Shown here in pieces: positions 39,448-50,877 of a DNA stretch of 64,000 nucleotides. The notes beneath the pieces are model-generated. The model was given only the letters and a program-made list of their open reading frames with translations. It made no database searches and had not been told where the DNA came from. The stretch is taken from the NCBI GenBank assembly GCA_031422435.1, contig JANPLU010000014.1:1-64000 (forward strand), written 5' to 3'. Within the stretch, counting starts at the first letter, position 1. Each line of letters starts with the position of its first letter. Made by a program: the position numbers and the translations under genes. This DNA is from Acaryochloridaceae cyanobacterium VAR_48_metabat_390. Its GTDB lineage: Bacteria; Cyanobacteriota; Cyanobacteriia; Thermosynechococcales; Thermosynechococcaceae.

Positions 39448-40734
39448 TTAGCCCAAAAGACATGATAAGACCCAACGAACAGCCAAAACAATGAAGGGTA
39501 CCGCCACCATTGCCCGTGCTTCATTGATGTGGCTGATCTGGGTACAGCCGATGTACAGAATTAGAATGCTGTAGCAGCCTGCAATGACCCAAAGAGCCGA
39601 GAAAATGCCGCTTTCTAGGGGTGTCGTAAAGCTGCTCAAAAGCATGGGTATGGCAATCGGCAAGCTTGCGACACCAGACAAAAAAAGGTCGCCAGAATAG
39701 GAGCCACGCCCTCCAGCCGCTACCCCTCGAGCCAGGGTGAGTGCGATCGCCCCACTCAGATAAGCCGTCACTCCGGTCAGTGTGCTGGGGAGCAATAAAA
39801 ATGAACCCGTCTTTGTCATCCAGGTGCTAAATATCCAGCATCCCACTGCGACAAAGCCGTAGAGTAGACCCGCCCAACCTGCCTGACTCGGCGTCAAACG
39901 GGCAAAGGCTGGCAGCAGGTTTCCGCCAGGGTTTATTACTACGCTCGGGAGATTGCTGAAGGCTAATTTTAAAAACTGCACTACCGCTGTTTGAGGGAAG
40001 CGTATCGCAGTTGCAGGCTGTCGAAATCCCTTCAGCAGCTGCTCTATCTGCTGAACTTGAGTCCAATTTTGCTGGGCGCGGAATAGCTCAATGGCTTTTT
40101 GCAGGTCTTGGTAGGCCAGTACCGTCTCCTTTAGCTCAAGCCTTGCTTGGGCGCGACGATAGTAGGCTTGAGCAAACGTTGCGTCTAGGGCGATCGCCTT
40201 GGTGTATGCCTCAACAGCCCCCTGGGGATAGCCTAGCCGCAATCGGGCTTGCCCTTGATAAATATAAGCCTGGGCTGCCTTCGGATCTCTTTGAAGAATT
40301 TGATAGCAGTCTTCTAGTACGGCTTTATCATCCTTCAGGACATCATGGGCTTTAGCGCGGCCTAGGTAAGCTTCTGTTCCCCCTGGGAAAATGGCGATCG
40401 CCTGGGTAAAGTCTACAATTGCGCCTTTATAGTCTTGCTGAGACAGCTTATGAAGAGCCTGTCGATATCGCGCTGGATAGAACGAAGGCTCGACGGGTGG
40501 TCGATCTGAAGATGATTCGTTTAAGCGCGTGTCGTACTGCGATCGCCGCTCCGCATCGCCCAAAACTTCATAGGCTTCAGAAATTTGCTTAAACCGCGCT
40601 GCTGCCTCAGCATCATTGGGATGCAGGTCTGGATGAACCTGTCGCGCTAATCTGCGAAACGCTTTCTTGATTTCGGCAGAAGAGGACTGGTTTGAGACAC
40701 CCAAGATTTGATAGTAGCTGAGAGATTTGGGCAT
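39448..40734 (-). CDS. DnaJ-domain TPR protein with C-terminal membrane (Yip1-like) region
   Basis: YYQILGV...HPD, TPR repeats, about five TM helices. Confidence 0.85.
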   Translation of the reverse strand: MPKSLSYYQILGVSNQSSSAEIKKAFRRLARQVHPDLHPNDAEAAARFKQISEAYEVLGDAERRSQYDTRLNESSSDRPPVEPSFYPARYRQALHKLSQQDYKGAIVDFTQAIAIFPGGTEAYLGRAKAHDVLKDDKAVLEDCYQILQRDPKAAQAYIYQGQARLRLGYPQGAVEAYTKAIALDATFAQAYYRRAQARLELKETVLAYQDLQKAIELFRAQQNWTQVQQIEQLLKGFRQPATAIRFPQTAVVQFLKLAFSNLPSVVINPGGNLLPAFARLTPSQAGWAGLLYGFVAVGCWIFSTWMTKTGSFLLLPSTLTGVTAYLSGAIALTLARGVAAGGRGSYSGDLFLSGVASLPIAIPMLLSSFTTPLESGIFSALWVIAGCYSILILYIGCTQISHINEARAMVAVPFIVLAVRWVLSCLLG

Positions 40735-40745
40735 AAACTCAGACC

Positions 40746-41240
40746 TCAGGCGGGAGCATTCCACGCCCCAGACTTGCCACCGGACTTGTGCAGCAGGTGA
40801 ATAGACTCAATGGTAATGCCTTTATCTAATGCTTTCGCCATATCGTACAGCGTGAGGGCTGCAATAGAGACTGCTGTAAGGGCTTCCATTTCTACACCTG
40901 TCTCAGCCTTCGTTCGCACCCGTGCCTGAATGACATACCCTGGCAGGCTAGGTTCTGGCGTGATAAAAACTTTTACGCTCGTTAACGGCAGCGGGTGGCA
41001 CAGCGGAATTAACGCTGAAGTTTGCTTGGCAGCCATAATTCCAGCAAGACGGGCGGTACCCAGCACGTCCCCTTTAGGCGCATTCCCCTGCTCAATCGCC
41101 TGGAATGTCTCTAGACCCATACGGACTTTGCCCTGGGCGATCGCCTCCCTCAAGGTTAACGCCTTGTCTGAAACATCTACCATATTGGCCTGACCTGAGG
41201 CATCCAGGTGAGACAGTGCCGAAGGGATATTTTTTTTCAT
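40746..41240 (-). CDS. moaC: Cyclic pyranopterin monophosphate synthase
   Basis: [27 protein letters not shown]. Confidence 0.97.
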   Translation of the reverse strand: MKKNIPSALSHLDASGQANMVDVSDKALTLREAIAQGKVRMGLETFQAIEQGNAPKGDVLGTARLAGIMAAKQTSALIPLCHPLPLTSVKVFITPEPSLPGYVIQARVRTKAETGVEMEALTAVSIAALTLYDMAKALDKGITIESIHLLHKSGGKSGAWNAPA

Positions 41241-41386
41241 AGTTTACGAGGAGGAGAAGTCCGATCGCTCCCTATCGCCCATCATAACGGCGGTTGAGGT
41301 ATTTATTGATGAAGGAGTTAGCGCTTTAAGTTTAGAGACTCATCCATGAACCCGTATTATGAGGTGAGAAATCACAAAGCTTTGGT

Positions 41387-42493
41387 ATGTCTGATTTGCA
41401 AACTCCCATCGGCGTTGCGTTAGTGGGCACTGGATTTGGCCAAAAGGTTCATCTCCCTGCCCTAAAGGACTGTCCTCACACTCAGGTGGCGGCGGTCTAT
41501 CATCGAGATTACGCCAAGGCCGAGGCGATCGCCCAAGCCCACCATATCCCCCACGCTGCCGATAATTTAGAAACGTTGTTAGCCTTACCAGAAGTTCAGG
41601 GCGTTTGCATTTCTACTCCGCCCTTTTTACATGCAGAGATGGCGCAGCAAGCGCTAAGGGCAGGCAAACACGTCTTTTTAGAAAAGCCTACGGCAATGAC
41701 CGTCGCCGAAGCCAAAGCACTTTACCAACAGTCCCTACAGCAGGGTTTACAAATCACTCTCAACTTTGAGTTTCGCTTTATCCCCGCCTGGATGGCCTTA
41801 AAGGCTCAACTCGAAAACTTCTATGTCGGCAAACCGCGCCTGATCAAAATTGATTGGGTCGTGCCCGGTCGTGCGGATCCGTCTCGTCCTTGGAGTTGGC
41901 ACGCCAGCGCTGAAGCAGGGGGAGGTTCTCTAGGTGCCTTGGGTTCCCATACCTTTGACTACATCTCCTGGCTATTTGGCCCCGTTAAGCAGCTCTGCGG
42001 ACGGCTGATTACCTCCATTGGCTATCGACCTGACCCCATCAGCGGTATGCCTAAGGTAGCAGATGCGGATGATACCTGCCTCATCCTACTAGAGCTGACA
42101 GACGGCACTCCTGTGCAGGTTAGCATTAGCGCCACAGCCTATAATGGGCGCGGTCACTGGGTAGAGGTTTACGGCGATCGCGGTACCCTTATTCTCGGCA
42201 GCGATCATCCCACGGACTACGTGCATGGATTCACCCTGCGAGGCGCTCCAGCTGGTGAACCGTTTGCAGCACTGCCCATCCCCCCACAGTACGAGTTTGC
42301 CAAAACCCATCCTGATGGACGCATCGCTCCTGTCACCCGTGCCATAAATCACTGGGTTGAATGTATTCAAACCAAACAGTCCTGCGCTCCTTCTATCCGT
42401 GAAGGGGTGTACTCGCAACTATTGATGGACTTAACCCACGAGTCTCACGCAACGGGCTGCTGGGTTGATGTCCCTGACCTCACGGTGACCTGA
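41387..42493 (+). CDS. Gfo/Idh/MocA oxidoreductase
   Basis: VGTGFG, EKP motif, GSHTFD. Confidence 0.88.
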   Translation: MSDLQTPIGVALVGTGFGQKVHLPALKDCPHTQVAAVYHRDYAKAEAIAQAHHIPHAADNLETLLALPEVQGVCISTPPFLHAEMAQQALRAGKHVFLEKPTAMTVAEAKALYQQSLQQGLQITLNFEFRFIPAWMALKAQLENFYVGKPRLIKIDWVVPGRADPSRPWSWHASAEAGGGSLGALGSHTFDYISWLFGPVKQLCGRLITSIGYRPDPISGMPKVADADDTCLILLELTDGTPVQVSISATAYNGRGHWVEVYGDRGTLILGSDHPTDYVHGFTLRGAPAGEPFAALPIPPQYEFAKTHPDGRIAPVTRAINHWVECIQTKQSCAPSIREGVYSQLLMDLTHESHATGCWVDVPDLTVT

Positions 42494-42576
42494 TTAAAAA
42501 GCGAATTATCGAAACCAGCCCGCAATAAATTCGCCCCCACGAAATTCTCTCCACCGCTGAAGTTTTATATTCACCA

Positions 42577-43938
42577 TTAAGCTGCTAACTGCTCAGCACT
42601 CATCCAGGCGGAGAGACTGGCTAACGCGCGATCGCGGTAAGCCCCATAGCGCTCTGGCTTATTGCGGATCCGCTGTTCAAACTCGGGCATGATGCCAAAA
42701 TTGGGCGGCATGGGCTGAAAGTGCTTGGGCGAAGCCGTACTAATAAAATCAAACAGCGCACCCCCCATCGTGACAGGCGGCAGCGTAATGGGCACAAGCC
42801 CACGGGCAATTCGTGCGGCATTGGTTCCTGCTAGCCAGCCGCCAGCCACCGCCGCCGTATAGCCTTCCGTGCCAATGATTTGACCCGCCGCGAGCAGCGT
42901 GGGTCGATGCTTAAACTGAAGCGTGGTTTCTAAAAGCTGGGGGGCATTGAGAAACGTATTGCGATGCATCACGCCCATTCGCACAAATTCCGTCTGCTCT
43001 AAACCTGGAATCATTTGAAAGACAAGCTTTTGCTCGCCCCAGCGCAGATTAGTCTGGAAGCCTACCATATTCCAAAGCTGTCCTGCGCGATCTTCTTGGC
43101 GGAGCTGCACCACCGCGTAGGGACGCTTTTCGCGGTTGGCAGGGTCTTTGAAATCTCCATGCCGTGCATCAAAAATGCCCACAGGCTTAAGGGGACCATA
43201 GCGAAGGGTGTCTTCCCCGCGACGCGCCATTTCTTCAATGGGGAGGCACCCCTCAAAAAACTTAGCGGTTTCTAACTCAAAGTCTTTGAGTTCAGCTTGT
43301 TCGGCTTGGCAGAGGGCAGTCCAAAAGTCTAGGTACTGCGCTTTATCCATCGGGCAATTGAGGTAAGCGGCTTCGCCTCGGTCATAGCGAGAGGCCAAAA
43401 ATGCCACGTCTCGATTTATGGAGTCTCCCACCACAATGGGGCTGGCAGCATCGAAAAAGCTGAGATACGCCGTGCCTGTAAATCGGTTTAGGTCTTCTGA
43501 TAGCGCAGGGCTAGTGAGGGGTCCTGTGGCTAACACCACAACCCCATCGGTTGGAATGCTGGCAACCTCATCTCGGCGCAGCTCAATCAGCGGATGCTGG
43601 GCTAAGGTTTGCGTCAGATTTTCGCTAAAGATCGCGCGATCAACTGCCAGTGCGCCCCCCGCAGAAACCGCGTGTTCATCTGCCTTTGCAATCACCACCG
43701 AACCCAACTGCCGCAGTTCGTGATGGAGCAGACCAGAGGCGCGATCGCTCGACATGGCTCCAAAAGAATTACTGCACACCAGCTCCGCCAAATGCTCGGT
43801 ATGGTGAGCGGGGCTGGTGCGAGTAGGCCGCATCTCGTGCAGCACCACGTGCAAACCTGCCTGGGCAATCTGCCAAGCGGCTTCGGTTCCTGCCAGTCCC
43901 CCCCCAATCACCTGAATGGGCTGCTGTGTATCTACCAT
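42577..43938 (-). CDS. trmFO: Methylenetetrahydrofolate-tRNA(uracil-54) methyltransferase
   Basis: [32 protein letters not shown]. Confidence 0.96.
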   Translation of the reverse strand: MVDTQQPIQVIGGGLAGTEAAWQIAQAGLHVVLHEMRPTRTSPAHHTEHLAELVCSNSFGAMSSDRASGLLHHELRQLGSVVIAKADEHAVSAGGALAVDRAIFSENLTQTLAQHPLIELRRDEVASIPTDGVVVLATGPLTSPALSEDLNRFTGTAYLSFFDAASPIVVGDSINRDVAFLASRYDRGEAAYLNCPMDKAQYLDFWTALCQAEQAELKDFELETAKFFEGCLPIEEMARRGEDTLRYGPLKPVGIFDARHGDFKDPANREKRPYAVVQLRQEDRAGQLWNMVGFQTNLRWGEQKLVFQMIPGLEQTEFVRMGVMHRNTFLNAPQLLETTLQFKHRPTLLAAGQIIGTEGYTAAVAGGWLAGTNAARIARGLVPITLPPVTMGGALFDFISTASPKHFQPMPPNFGIMPEFEQRIRNKPERYGAYRDRALASLSAWMSAEQLAA

Positions 43939-44009
43939 GCCTCAAAAATCAACCTTAAGTCCTGACGTACCTTTCTAGAATACAAGAGGTGGAGGGATTG
44001 AGGCTGTCG

Positions 44010-45617
44010 CTACTGCCCCAGCCCCAACGGTCGGGCTGCTGCTGCCTCAATTAAATTGGGCTTACACACGCGCCGAGCATTGGCAAGCTGTGGTTCTTGC
44101 CACGAGAAGTCGAAATGGCTGATGGCACTCACTTGGGGCACAGCCTGATGAATGGCATTCATCTGCATTTCTAAAGAAGGGCGATTGTAGGCTGGAAACG
44201 ACCAAGCCCCCGCAATCACGGGGTTTACTCTGGTGCCAGCGGGTGCCTGACTCACCACCCGCTGCACCTGATCCACAATGCAGCTTGTGCCCCCACAGAG
44301 TCCATAGGACATGGAGTGCCATTCAATGGCGGGCGAAAACTGATCCCAAGGCTGCATACGGGAGTCAAAACCTTGCCCAATGCGCCGATTCCCATCGGGA
44401 AAAAAGACTGCTCCTGCGACGGCTCCTTGGCGATTGGACTGCGATACGGCAGCATTGAGAAAATCTGAAATACCCTGATAGGCATGAGCCACACTGAGAA
44501 GCCACAAATCTTGCTGAAGGCGCGGTAAGCGAATCGCAGCAGGCGGCAAAGGTTTCCCTGGTGGAATCGTAGGGACATTACGTCCTTGCCAGAGTGGCTC
44601 TTTCTCGGTGGGGTAGCTACGATCTAGCGCCGCTAAATCACCCACAGAGACGTTTCCCTGGGATAAGTATTTTTGGATGATAACTTGACCCTTTGTATTG
44701 GTTGCCCTGGAGATTAGGGTTTGCTGGGCAGCACCGCTAAAAATCCACAGGTCTGACAACTTATTGGCAACGGAGGCTGCCCCTGTCTGGCGAGGATAGC
44801 GAATGTAGTCAAATAGTGCACCGTCAGGCCGCCGTTGAAGAATAGACTGGAGCATATAGTCAAAGTCTTGACGTGCTTGCTGATTGTAGGGATCAACAAA
44901 AACTTTATCAATATCGCCTTTGCTAATGTCAATTTCGGTATTGGTGGTGTCTACCACATTGAGACTTGTCTTGCCCAAGCCATTACGCGCTAGGGCACTC
45001 GCTCGATCTGCGCGATTGCCATAGGAATAGCCATAGTTAAGGCTAAATAGCCAAGCGTATGCCTTTAGCCCCCGCGTGCGCGCCTTTTGAATGGCTTCTG
45101 CTAGCAGATCGCGACGGGCAAGCTCAGGGCTACGAACCACAGAAGGCCAGACGGTTCGATTCTCTGCGGCTGGTAGCAGTACCTGTCCGTTGTAGAAAAC
45201 CTCTAAATAAACTTGGTTGTAGCCTCGGCTGACCATGCGGTCTAAGACGCTTTCAAGCACTCCGGGCTGAAGATCGCATTCGTAAAGGCGTAGCCAAACG
45301 GCCTGGGTTTTGAGCCAGCTTTGGGCACGACACTGCTGCAATGCCTGAGCATCAGATGCAACTAGATTTTGATACTGCTGTTGGGCGCTGCGATCGCCCA
45401 TCACGGCCTGCTGCCGCAGCGCATTTTTTTGCGCCACAGATTGGGGAGATGATTGGCAAAACGGTAATGTCTGCTGTGCCTGAGCGCGTAATGGTGAACC
45501 GATCACGCCCGCTGCTTCTGCCACCCAAGCTGACAGTAACGAGACTATCAACAGCGCCGATCTTTTCTGTTTAGGGCGAATTTGCGGCAGCAAGGCAATT
45601 TTTTTCATGAAAACCAT
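44010..45617 (-). CDS. Glycoside hydrolase-like (GHL10/DUF187) exported protein
   Basis: GYNQVYLEVF, DGALFDYIRYP, signal-like N-terminus. Confidence 0.75.
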   Translation of the reverse strand: MVFMKKIALLPQIRPKQKRSALLIVSLLSAWVAEAAGVIGSPLRAQAQQTLPFCQSSPQSVAQKNALRQQAVMGDRSAQQQYQNLVASDAQALQQCRAQSWLKTQAVWLRLYECDLQPGVLESVLDRMVSRGYNQVYLEVFYNGQVLLPAAENRTVWPSVVRSPELARRDLLAEAIQKARTRGLKAYAWLFSLNYGYSYGNRADRASALARNGLGKTSLNVVDTTNTEIDISKGDIDKVFVDPYNQQARQDFDYMLQSILQRRPDGALFDYIRYPRQTGAASVANKLSDLWIFSGAAQQTLISRATNTKGQVIIQKYLSQGNVSVGDLAALDRSYPTEKEPLWQGRNVPTIPPGKPLPPAAIRLPRLQQDLWLLSVAHAYQGISDFLNAAVSQSNRQGAVAGAVFFPDGNRRIGQGFDSRMQPWDQFSPAIEWHSMSYGLCGGTSCIVDQVQRVVSQAPAGTRVNPVIAGAWSFPAYNRPSLEMQMNAIHQAVPQVSAISHFDFSWQEPQLANARRVCKPNLIEAAAARPLGLGQ

Positions 45618-45728
45618 TAAAATCTGACATCAAACACAGCTTCATTGTCTGACTATCAGTGTAGTGTCTAGGTTTCCGAAAAGTTTAGGATTGTCTATTG
45701 CTGGAGCCGATACACCCTATAGACACCG

Positions 45729-46691
45729 TTATGGGATCGGGATTGTTTGCAGAAGACGCTCAATAATGCGATGGGTAGGCTGACCGCCAGAGGGAATCAT
45801 GCGATGGCTTAGCACATGGGTTGCTAAGCGCTTTACATCGTCAGGCAAAACGTAATCTCGATGCTCTAGAAACGCAAGGGCTTGGGCTGCGCGCTGGAGC
45901 GTTACTGTACCGCGTGGGCTAACGCCAAGGCGAATGTCTGGGTCTTCGCGGGTCGCCCGTACAAGGTTAAGCATGTACTGCTGGAGCGATCGCTCTACCC
46001 GAACCTCAAGGCATTTCTCTTGAATCTGCCGCACCTGCTCAAGGGAAATACAGGGTTTAAGAGACTCTAGCCGAAGTCCCGTCTGAGAGCGCTGAAGCAT
46101 CTCAAGTTCTTCATTGGCAGTGGGATACCCCAAACTGAGGGCAAGGGCAAATCGATCTAGCTGCGCTTCGGGTAGGGGAAAGGTACCGTGGGACTCAATG
46201 GGGTTTTGAGTTGCAATTACAAAAAAGGGTTCGCCAACGCGATGGGAAACGCCATCAACTGTCACCTGCGCTTCTTCCATCACTTCTAGCAGCGCCGACT
46301 GGGTGCGTGGCGTGGCGCGGTTAATTTCGTCCGCGAGCAGCACATTAGCAAATATAGGGCCTGCTAAGAACTCAAATTTACCCTCATGGGCATTCCAGAT
46401 ATTAGTGCCTGTCAAGTCACTGGGCAGTAGATCGGGGGTACATTGAATACGCTGAAATTTACCCTCAATCGAACGAGCCAAGGCTTTCGCCAGCAGCGTT
46501 TTGCCAACCCCTGGCACATCCTCTAGCAAAACGTGGCTGCCGGAGAACAGCGCCACTAGAACAAGCTGGATTGCATCCTGTTTGCCCACCACTACGGTGC
46601 CAAGATTTGTGATGAGCTGTTCGACAGGGGTTTTTAGGCGTTGCGTTTCAATGGGTTGCGTTTTATTGGGTTGCGCGATCGCAGGAACCAT
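45729..46691 (-). CDS. MoxR family AAA+ ATPase
   Basis: EDVPGVGKT, DEINRA, ATQNP, LPEAQLDRF, SPR. Confidence 0.95.
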   Translation of the reverse strand: MVPAIAQPNKTQPIETQRLKTPVEQLITNLGTVVVGKQDAIQLVLVALFSGSHVLLEDVPGVGKTLLAKALARSIEGKFQRIQCTPDLLPSDLTGTNIWNAHEGKFEFLAGPIFANVLLADEINRATPRTQSALLEVMEEAQVTVDGVSHRVGEPFFVIATQNPIESHGTFPLPEAQLDRFALALSLGYPTANEELEMLQRSQTGLRLESLKPCISLEQVRQIQEKCLEVRVERSLQQYMLNLVRATREDPDIRLGVSPRGTVTLQRAAQALAFLEHRDYVLPDDVKRLATHVLSHRMIPSGGQPTHRIIERLLQTIPIP

Positions 46692-46775
46692 ACATCACAC
46701 CTACTACGGATCAAAGGGTTTACAAAAGGGTTAGATCTAGCGTCCTGTGACTGGACACTAACTGTTGCTGGCGCG

Positions 46776-47771
46776 CTAATTGACAGGGCTAATCCACTGA
46801 CGAGCATTGGCGCAATCGAGCTGAATTTGTACCTTGAGGGCATCTAGAGACTCGAACTTTTGCTCGGGACGCAGGAATTGCTCTAGGTGTACCGTTATAG
46901 TGTGCCCATAGAGATCCCCTGACCAATCGAGGAGATGAATTTCAATCGTTTGGGTGGCTCCATCCACGGTCGGTCGCAAACCAATATTCATCACGCCCAA
47001 TTGAGCTTGGGCAAAAGCAGAACTTTCTACCTGCACTTGATAAACCCCACGATGGGGAATAAATTTTTCTGCCGACACGTCAAGGTTAGCGGTTGGAAAG
47101 CCTAGGGTTCGTCCCAACTGCTTCCCGTGAATCACTGTTCCTGTAAGAGTATAGGCTCTGCCTAAAAGCTGCTTTGCCCGCACCACATCTCCGGCCTCTA
47201 AAGCCTGTCGTATCGAAGAGCTGCTGATACGGTCACAATCCATGACGGCAGGTTCCACAATCATGACGGGGATATTGTAGTGGGCGGCGATCGCCCTCAA
47301 GTCTTCTGCGGTACCCGCGCGGTTGCGACCGAAGCAAAAGTTAAACCCAACGCTAATCTTTTGTGCTTTAAGCTGCTGGACTAAAATCCGCTCTACAAAT
47401 TCTTCAGGCGTGAGATTGGCTAAATCTTGGTCAAAGGGCAAAAGCACCAACTGCTCAACCCCAAGGGCTTCTAAAAGCGCAACTTTCTCTGGCAATAGCG
47501 TCAGTAAAGGCTTAGGCTGACCGCTAAAGAAAACGTGGGGATGCGGCGTAAACGAAACAACGGTGGTGTAGCAGTGACCGATGGATGCAAGGGTTGCAGT
47601 GCTGCTTTGCTTTTCTTCACGATCTGCATCAATCTCTAGAACAGCGCCCTGGGCATGGCTCTCAGCTAATGCCTGAATGACGGTGCAGTGCCCCAAATGC
47701 ACACCATCAAAGTTGCCTAACGCGACCTGCGTTGGCTGCAAACTCGTTTCTGTAGAGGAAGTTACCCACAC
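46776..47771 (-). CDS. ribF: Bifunctional riboflavin kinase/FAD synthetase
   Basis: GNFDGVHLGH, ISSSSIR, GRTLGFPTAN, NIGLRPT. Confidence 0.96.
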   Translation of the reverse strand: MWVTSSTETSLQPTQVALGNFDGVHLGHCTVIQALAESHAQGAVLEIDADREEKQSSTATLASIGHCYTTVVSFTPHPHVFFSGQPKPLLTLLPEKVALLEALGVEQLVLLPFDQDLANLTPEEFVERILVQQLKAQKISVGFNFCFGRNRAGTAEDLRAIAAHYNIPVMIVEPAVMDCDRISSSSIRQALEAGDVVRAKQLLGRAYTLTGTVIHGKQLGRTLGFPTANLDVSAEKFIPHRGVYQVQVESSAFAQAQLGVMNIGLRPTVDGATQTIEIHLLDWSGDLYGHTITVHLEQFLRPEQKFESLDALKVQIQLDCANARQWISPVN

Positions 47772-47839
47772 GGTTTACATTTTGACATAATTTAAGGCAA
47801 CGTCTGACGGGACACAGCGATCTAAATGGCTAGACGTTG

Positions 47840-48646
47840 CTACTCTATTGACGAATAGGGCGTAAGCCAAGCCTGAATCTGCTCCATTCTACGGTAGTAG
47901 GTCAGGTTGTACTGAAGCGGCGTGACAGAGATGAATCCTTGGGCGATCGCCTGTACGTCCGTCAGCAGACCCTCATCTTGAGGATAAATCACAGGGGCAT
48001 CTGCATCTTCAAGGACTTCCCCCGCCAGCCAGTAATAGGTTTTACCGCGCGGGTCTGAGCGTTTTTCAAACAGGTCATGATAGCGTCGCAGACCTTGGCG
48101 TGTGGTTTTGACACCATTTATATCGGCAGCAGGCAGCGCTGGGATGTTGACATTGAGCAGCATTGGCTCTGGGAGCGGCTGGGCGGCAAGCTGCTGCACT
48201 AGGTTCACCGCATAATCTGCCGCTGGCTGAAAATTAGGATGGGTGAAGCTGGTAAGGCTCAGAGCAATGGAGGGGATATCGGCGATCGCCCCTTCCATTG
48301 CAGCCGAGACGGTTCCAGAGTAAAGAACATCGGTGCCCAGGTTAGACCCTTGGTTAATGCCCGATAGCAGCAGATCCGGTAGGCTGTCCAACAGAGCATC
48401 TAGCGCTAACTTGATACAATCGGCAGGCAGTCCCGAACAAGCCCAGACTTTAACGGCGGGGTGGAACAGGCCGTCCACTGGCTCTGCTCGTAAAGGCCGA
48501 TGCATGGTGAGGCCGTGACCCGTTGCGGAGCGCTCTCGATCTGGGCATACCACCGTAACTTCATGCCCAGCCGCCGCAAGCGCGTTGGCAAGGGCACGAA
48601 TACCAGGGGCAGATACGCCATCGTCGTTGCCAACGAGTAGTTTCAT
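47840..48646 (-). CDS. surE: 5'/3'-nucleotidase SurE
   Basis: [25 protein letters not shown]. Confidence 0.96.
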   Translation of the reverse strand: MKLLVGNDDGVSAPGIRALANALAAAGHEVTVVCPDRERSATGHGLTMHRPLRAEPVDGLFHPAVKVWACSGLPADCIKLALDALLDSLPDLLLSGINQGSNLGTDVLYSGTVSAAMEGAIADIPSIALSLTSFTHPNFQPAADYAVNLVQQLAAQPLPEPMLLNVNIPALPAADINGVKTTRQGLRRYHDLFEKRSDPRGKTYYWLAGEVLEDADAPVIYPQDEGLLTDVQAIAQGFISVTPLQYNLTYYRRMEQIQAWLTPYSSIE

Positions 48647-48806
48647 AAAGCTAAGGGAAGGGCAAACAACAGGGCGTTAGGGAGATGCTCTAGCGTGCTT
48701 AAAATTAAACAAAGCTAATGCCTTAGCCTAGTCCATCCTATCCTAAGTCCCCTATTTTTCTGCTGATTCTATTGACCATCCTCCCCCTCACGTTGCGCGG
48801 ACTGCT

Positions 48807-50798
48807 ATGGCTGCTGATGTTTTACTCATTGTCGATATGGTCACGGTGCTGGGTACCGCAGCGGCGGCGGGCTACCTTGCCAGTCGCCTAGGGCAACCCG
48901 TCTTGATGGGGTACTTGCTAGCGGGGCTAGTGGTAGGGCCATCGGGGCTAAAGCTGATCCCTTCTCCCGAAGAAATTGAGGTGCTGGCGAAGATTGGGGT
49001 GGCGCTGCTGCTGTTTGCTTTGGGCGTTGAATTCTCGATCAAAGATTTACTGAAGGTTCGTCGCATCGCGCTGGGGGGCGGAACGCTCCAGATTTTACTC
49101 ACCATTCTGTTGGCGGGAGGGTTGGCCTATGGCATTGGCGCAGTGGAAACCATCCCCGCCGCAATTTACTTAGGGGCGGCGCTTTCGCTGTCTTCGACGG
49201 CGCTGGTGCTCAAAAGCCTGATGGAGCGCAATGAAGTGCAGACCGCTCATGGGCAGGTGATGCTGGGCATTTTAATTGTGCAGGATATTGGTCTAGGGTT
49301 CATGTTGGCGGTACTGCCTGCGTTAACAGAGCCTGCAGGAACCTTGGCACAAAGTCTGCTGCTGGCGCTGGGCAAAGCGGCGCTGTTTTTTGCAGGGGCG
49401 GCGATCGCAGGCATCTATGTCGTCCCGCCGTTGATGAAGCGAATTGCCCGTACAGGTTCTCAAGAGCTATTTGTGTTGAGCGTAGTAGCGCTGTGCTTAG
49501 GTGTGGCGCTGTTGACCAATGTGCTGGGTCTGGGCATTGAGATGGGAGCCTTTGTGGCGGGGCTAATGATTTCTCAGGTGGAGTATTCTGACCAGGCGCT
49601 CCACAGCATTTTGCCCCTGCGAGACGTGTTTGCCACGCTGTTTTTTGCTTCGATTGGGATGCTAATTGACCCGCTGTTTTTACTCAGCAACGGCGGCACT
49701 TTAGTGGCATTAGTGACTGTGGTGATGTTGGGGAAAGCCATCATTATTACGCCCGTGGTAGCGCTGTTTGGCTACCCGCTTAAAACCGCGCTGACGGTTG
49801 GCCTTGGCATTAACCAAATCGGAGAATTTTCTTTTGTGCTGTCGGGGGTTGCCAGTAAACTAGGGCTATTTTCACCCAAGCTGTACGGCCTCACAGTAGG
49901 CACCACTGCTATTACGCTGCTGCTCACGCCGTTTTTGCTTAAGCTCACGCCCTATCTATTTCAGCGGCTAGAGTCTGTCCCTAAGCTGGGGCGATGGCTA
50001 CGGGCGGGGCAGTACCCTAAGGCATCTTTTATCCCAGAGCATCTGACCAATCACTGCATTGTGGCGGGTTACGGGCGCGTAGGAGAAACCTTGGTGCGAT
50101 TGCTGCGATCGCGGGGCTATCAAATTCTAGTCATCGACAATGATGAAGCCACGCTGCAAATTCTCCGAGAGCGCAAAATCCCCTATGTTTATGGGGATGC
50201 CTCTAGTGAACTGGTGCTGCAAAAGGCAAAGCTGAACCATGCCCAGGCTTTGGCGATCGCCCTCACTGACCCGATGGCAACCCGTCTTGCCCTTAAGCGC
50301 GCCGCCAGTCTTGCCCCAGACCTCGACATCACCGTCCGCGCCCATGCCAATCAGGAGATTGACACGCTCTACCAATTGGGCGCAAAAGAAGTGGTGCAGC
50401 CAGAATTTGAGGCGGCATTAGAGATGGGTGCCCATGTGTTGCTGAACCTAGGCGGTGAGGTTTCAGGGATACTCCAGAGCATTCAAAGCTACCGCGCCGA
50501 TCGCTACCGCGATATTTTGCCCGATCGCTTTGACAACCTTGCATCTATAAATTTTGGAGAGGCCATTCAGGGACTAGACGGCAACTGGCATACGCTTGCC
50601 GATGGGTCGATGCTCGTGGGGCAAACCCTTGCCCAAGCCAATATTCGTCAGCTTACAGGCGCGACGGTTATGGCGATTCGGCGAGGACGGCAGCTCTTGC
50701 GCTACCCTGACCCGCAAACGGTGCTGACGGTGGGCGATCGCCTTTTGGTGGTAGGCGATATCCGTGAGCAGAATGCTTTTGAGCGGCTACTTGAATAA
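48807..50798 (+). CDS. CPA2 cation:proton antiporter with TrkA-N and TrkA-C domains
   Basis: LSSTA, QD motif, GEF, GYGRVG, C-terminal GDRLLVVG. Confidence 0.92.
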   Translation: MAADVLLIVDMVTVLGTAAAAGYLASRLGQPVLMGYLLAGLVVGPSGLKLIPSPEEIEVLAKIGVALLLFALGVEFSIKDLLKVRRIALGGGTLQILLTILLAGGLAYGIGAVETIPAAIYLGAALSLSSTALVLKSLMERNEVQTAHGQVMLGILIVQDIGLGFMLAVLPALTEPAGTLAQSLLLALGKAALFFAGAAIAGIYVVPPLMKRIARTGSQELFVLSVVALCLGVALLTNVLGLGIEMGAFVAGLMISQVEYSDQALHSILPLRDVFATLFFASIGMLIDPLFLLSNGGTLVALVTVVMLGKAIIITPVVALFGYPLKTALTVGLGINQIGEFSFVLSGVASKLGLFSPKLYGLTVGTTAITLLLTPFLLKLTPYLFQRLESVPKLGRWLRAGQYPKASFIPEHLTNHCIVAGYGRVGETLVRLLRSRGYQILVIDNDEATLQILRERKIPYVYGDASSELVLQKAKLNHAQALAIALTDPMATRLALKRAASLAPDLDITVRAHANQEIDTLYQLGAKEVVQPEFEAALEMGAHVLLNLGGEVSGILQSIQSYRADRYRDILPDRFDNLASINFGEAIQGLDGNWHTLADGSMLVGQTLAQANIRQLTGATVMAIRRGRQLLRYPDPQTVLTVGDRLLVVGDIREQNAFERLLE

Positions 50799-50877
50799 CA
50801 CGCTTCCTGGGAGGGGCAGAAGCGTAATTTTTATCTTGGCATCGGCATCCTTTAATTATTAAACAAGAGGTTTAATC

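Noticed and set aside
41387..42493. Possible biliverdin reductase, given phycobiliprotein genes in the window
   Set aside because: Only generic Gfo/Idh/MocA motifs are recognisable; a specific call is not supported
45729..46691. MoxR as part of a MoxR-vWA conflict system
   Set aside because: No vWA or DUF58 neighbour here; flanked by housekeeping genes
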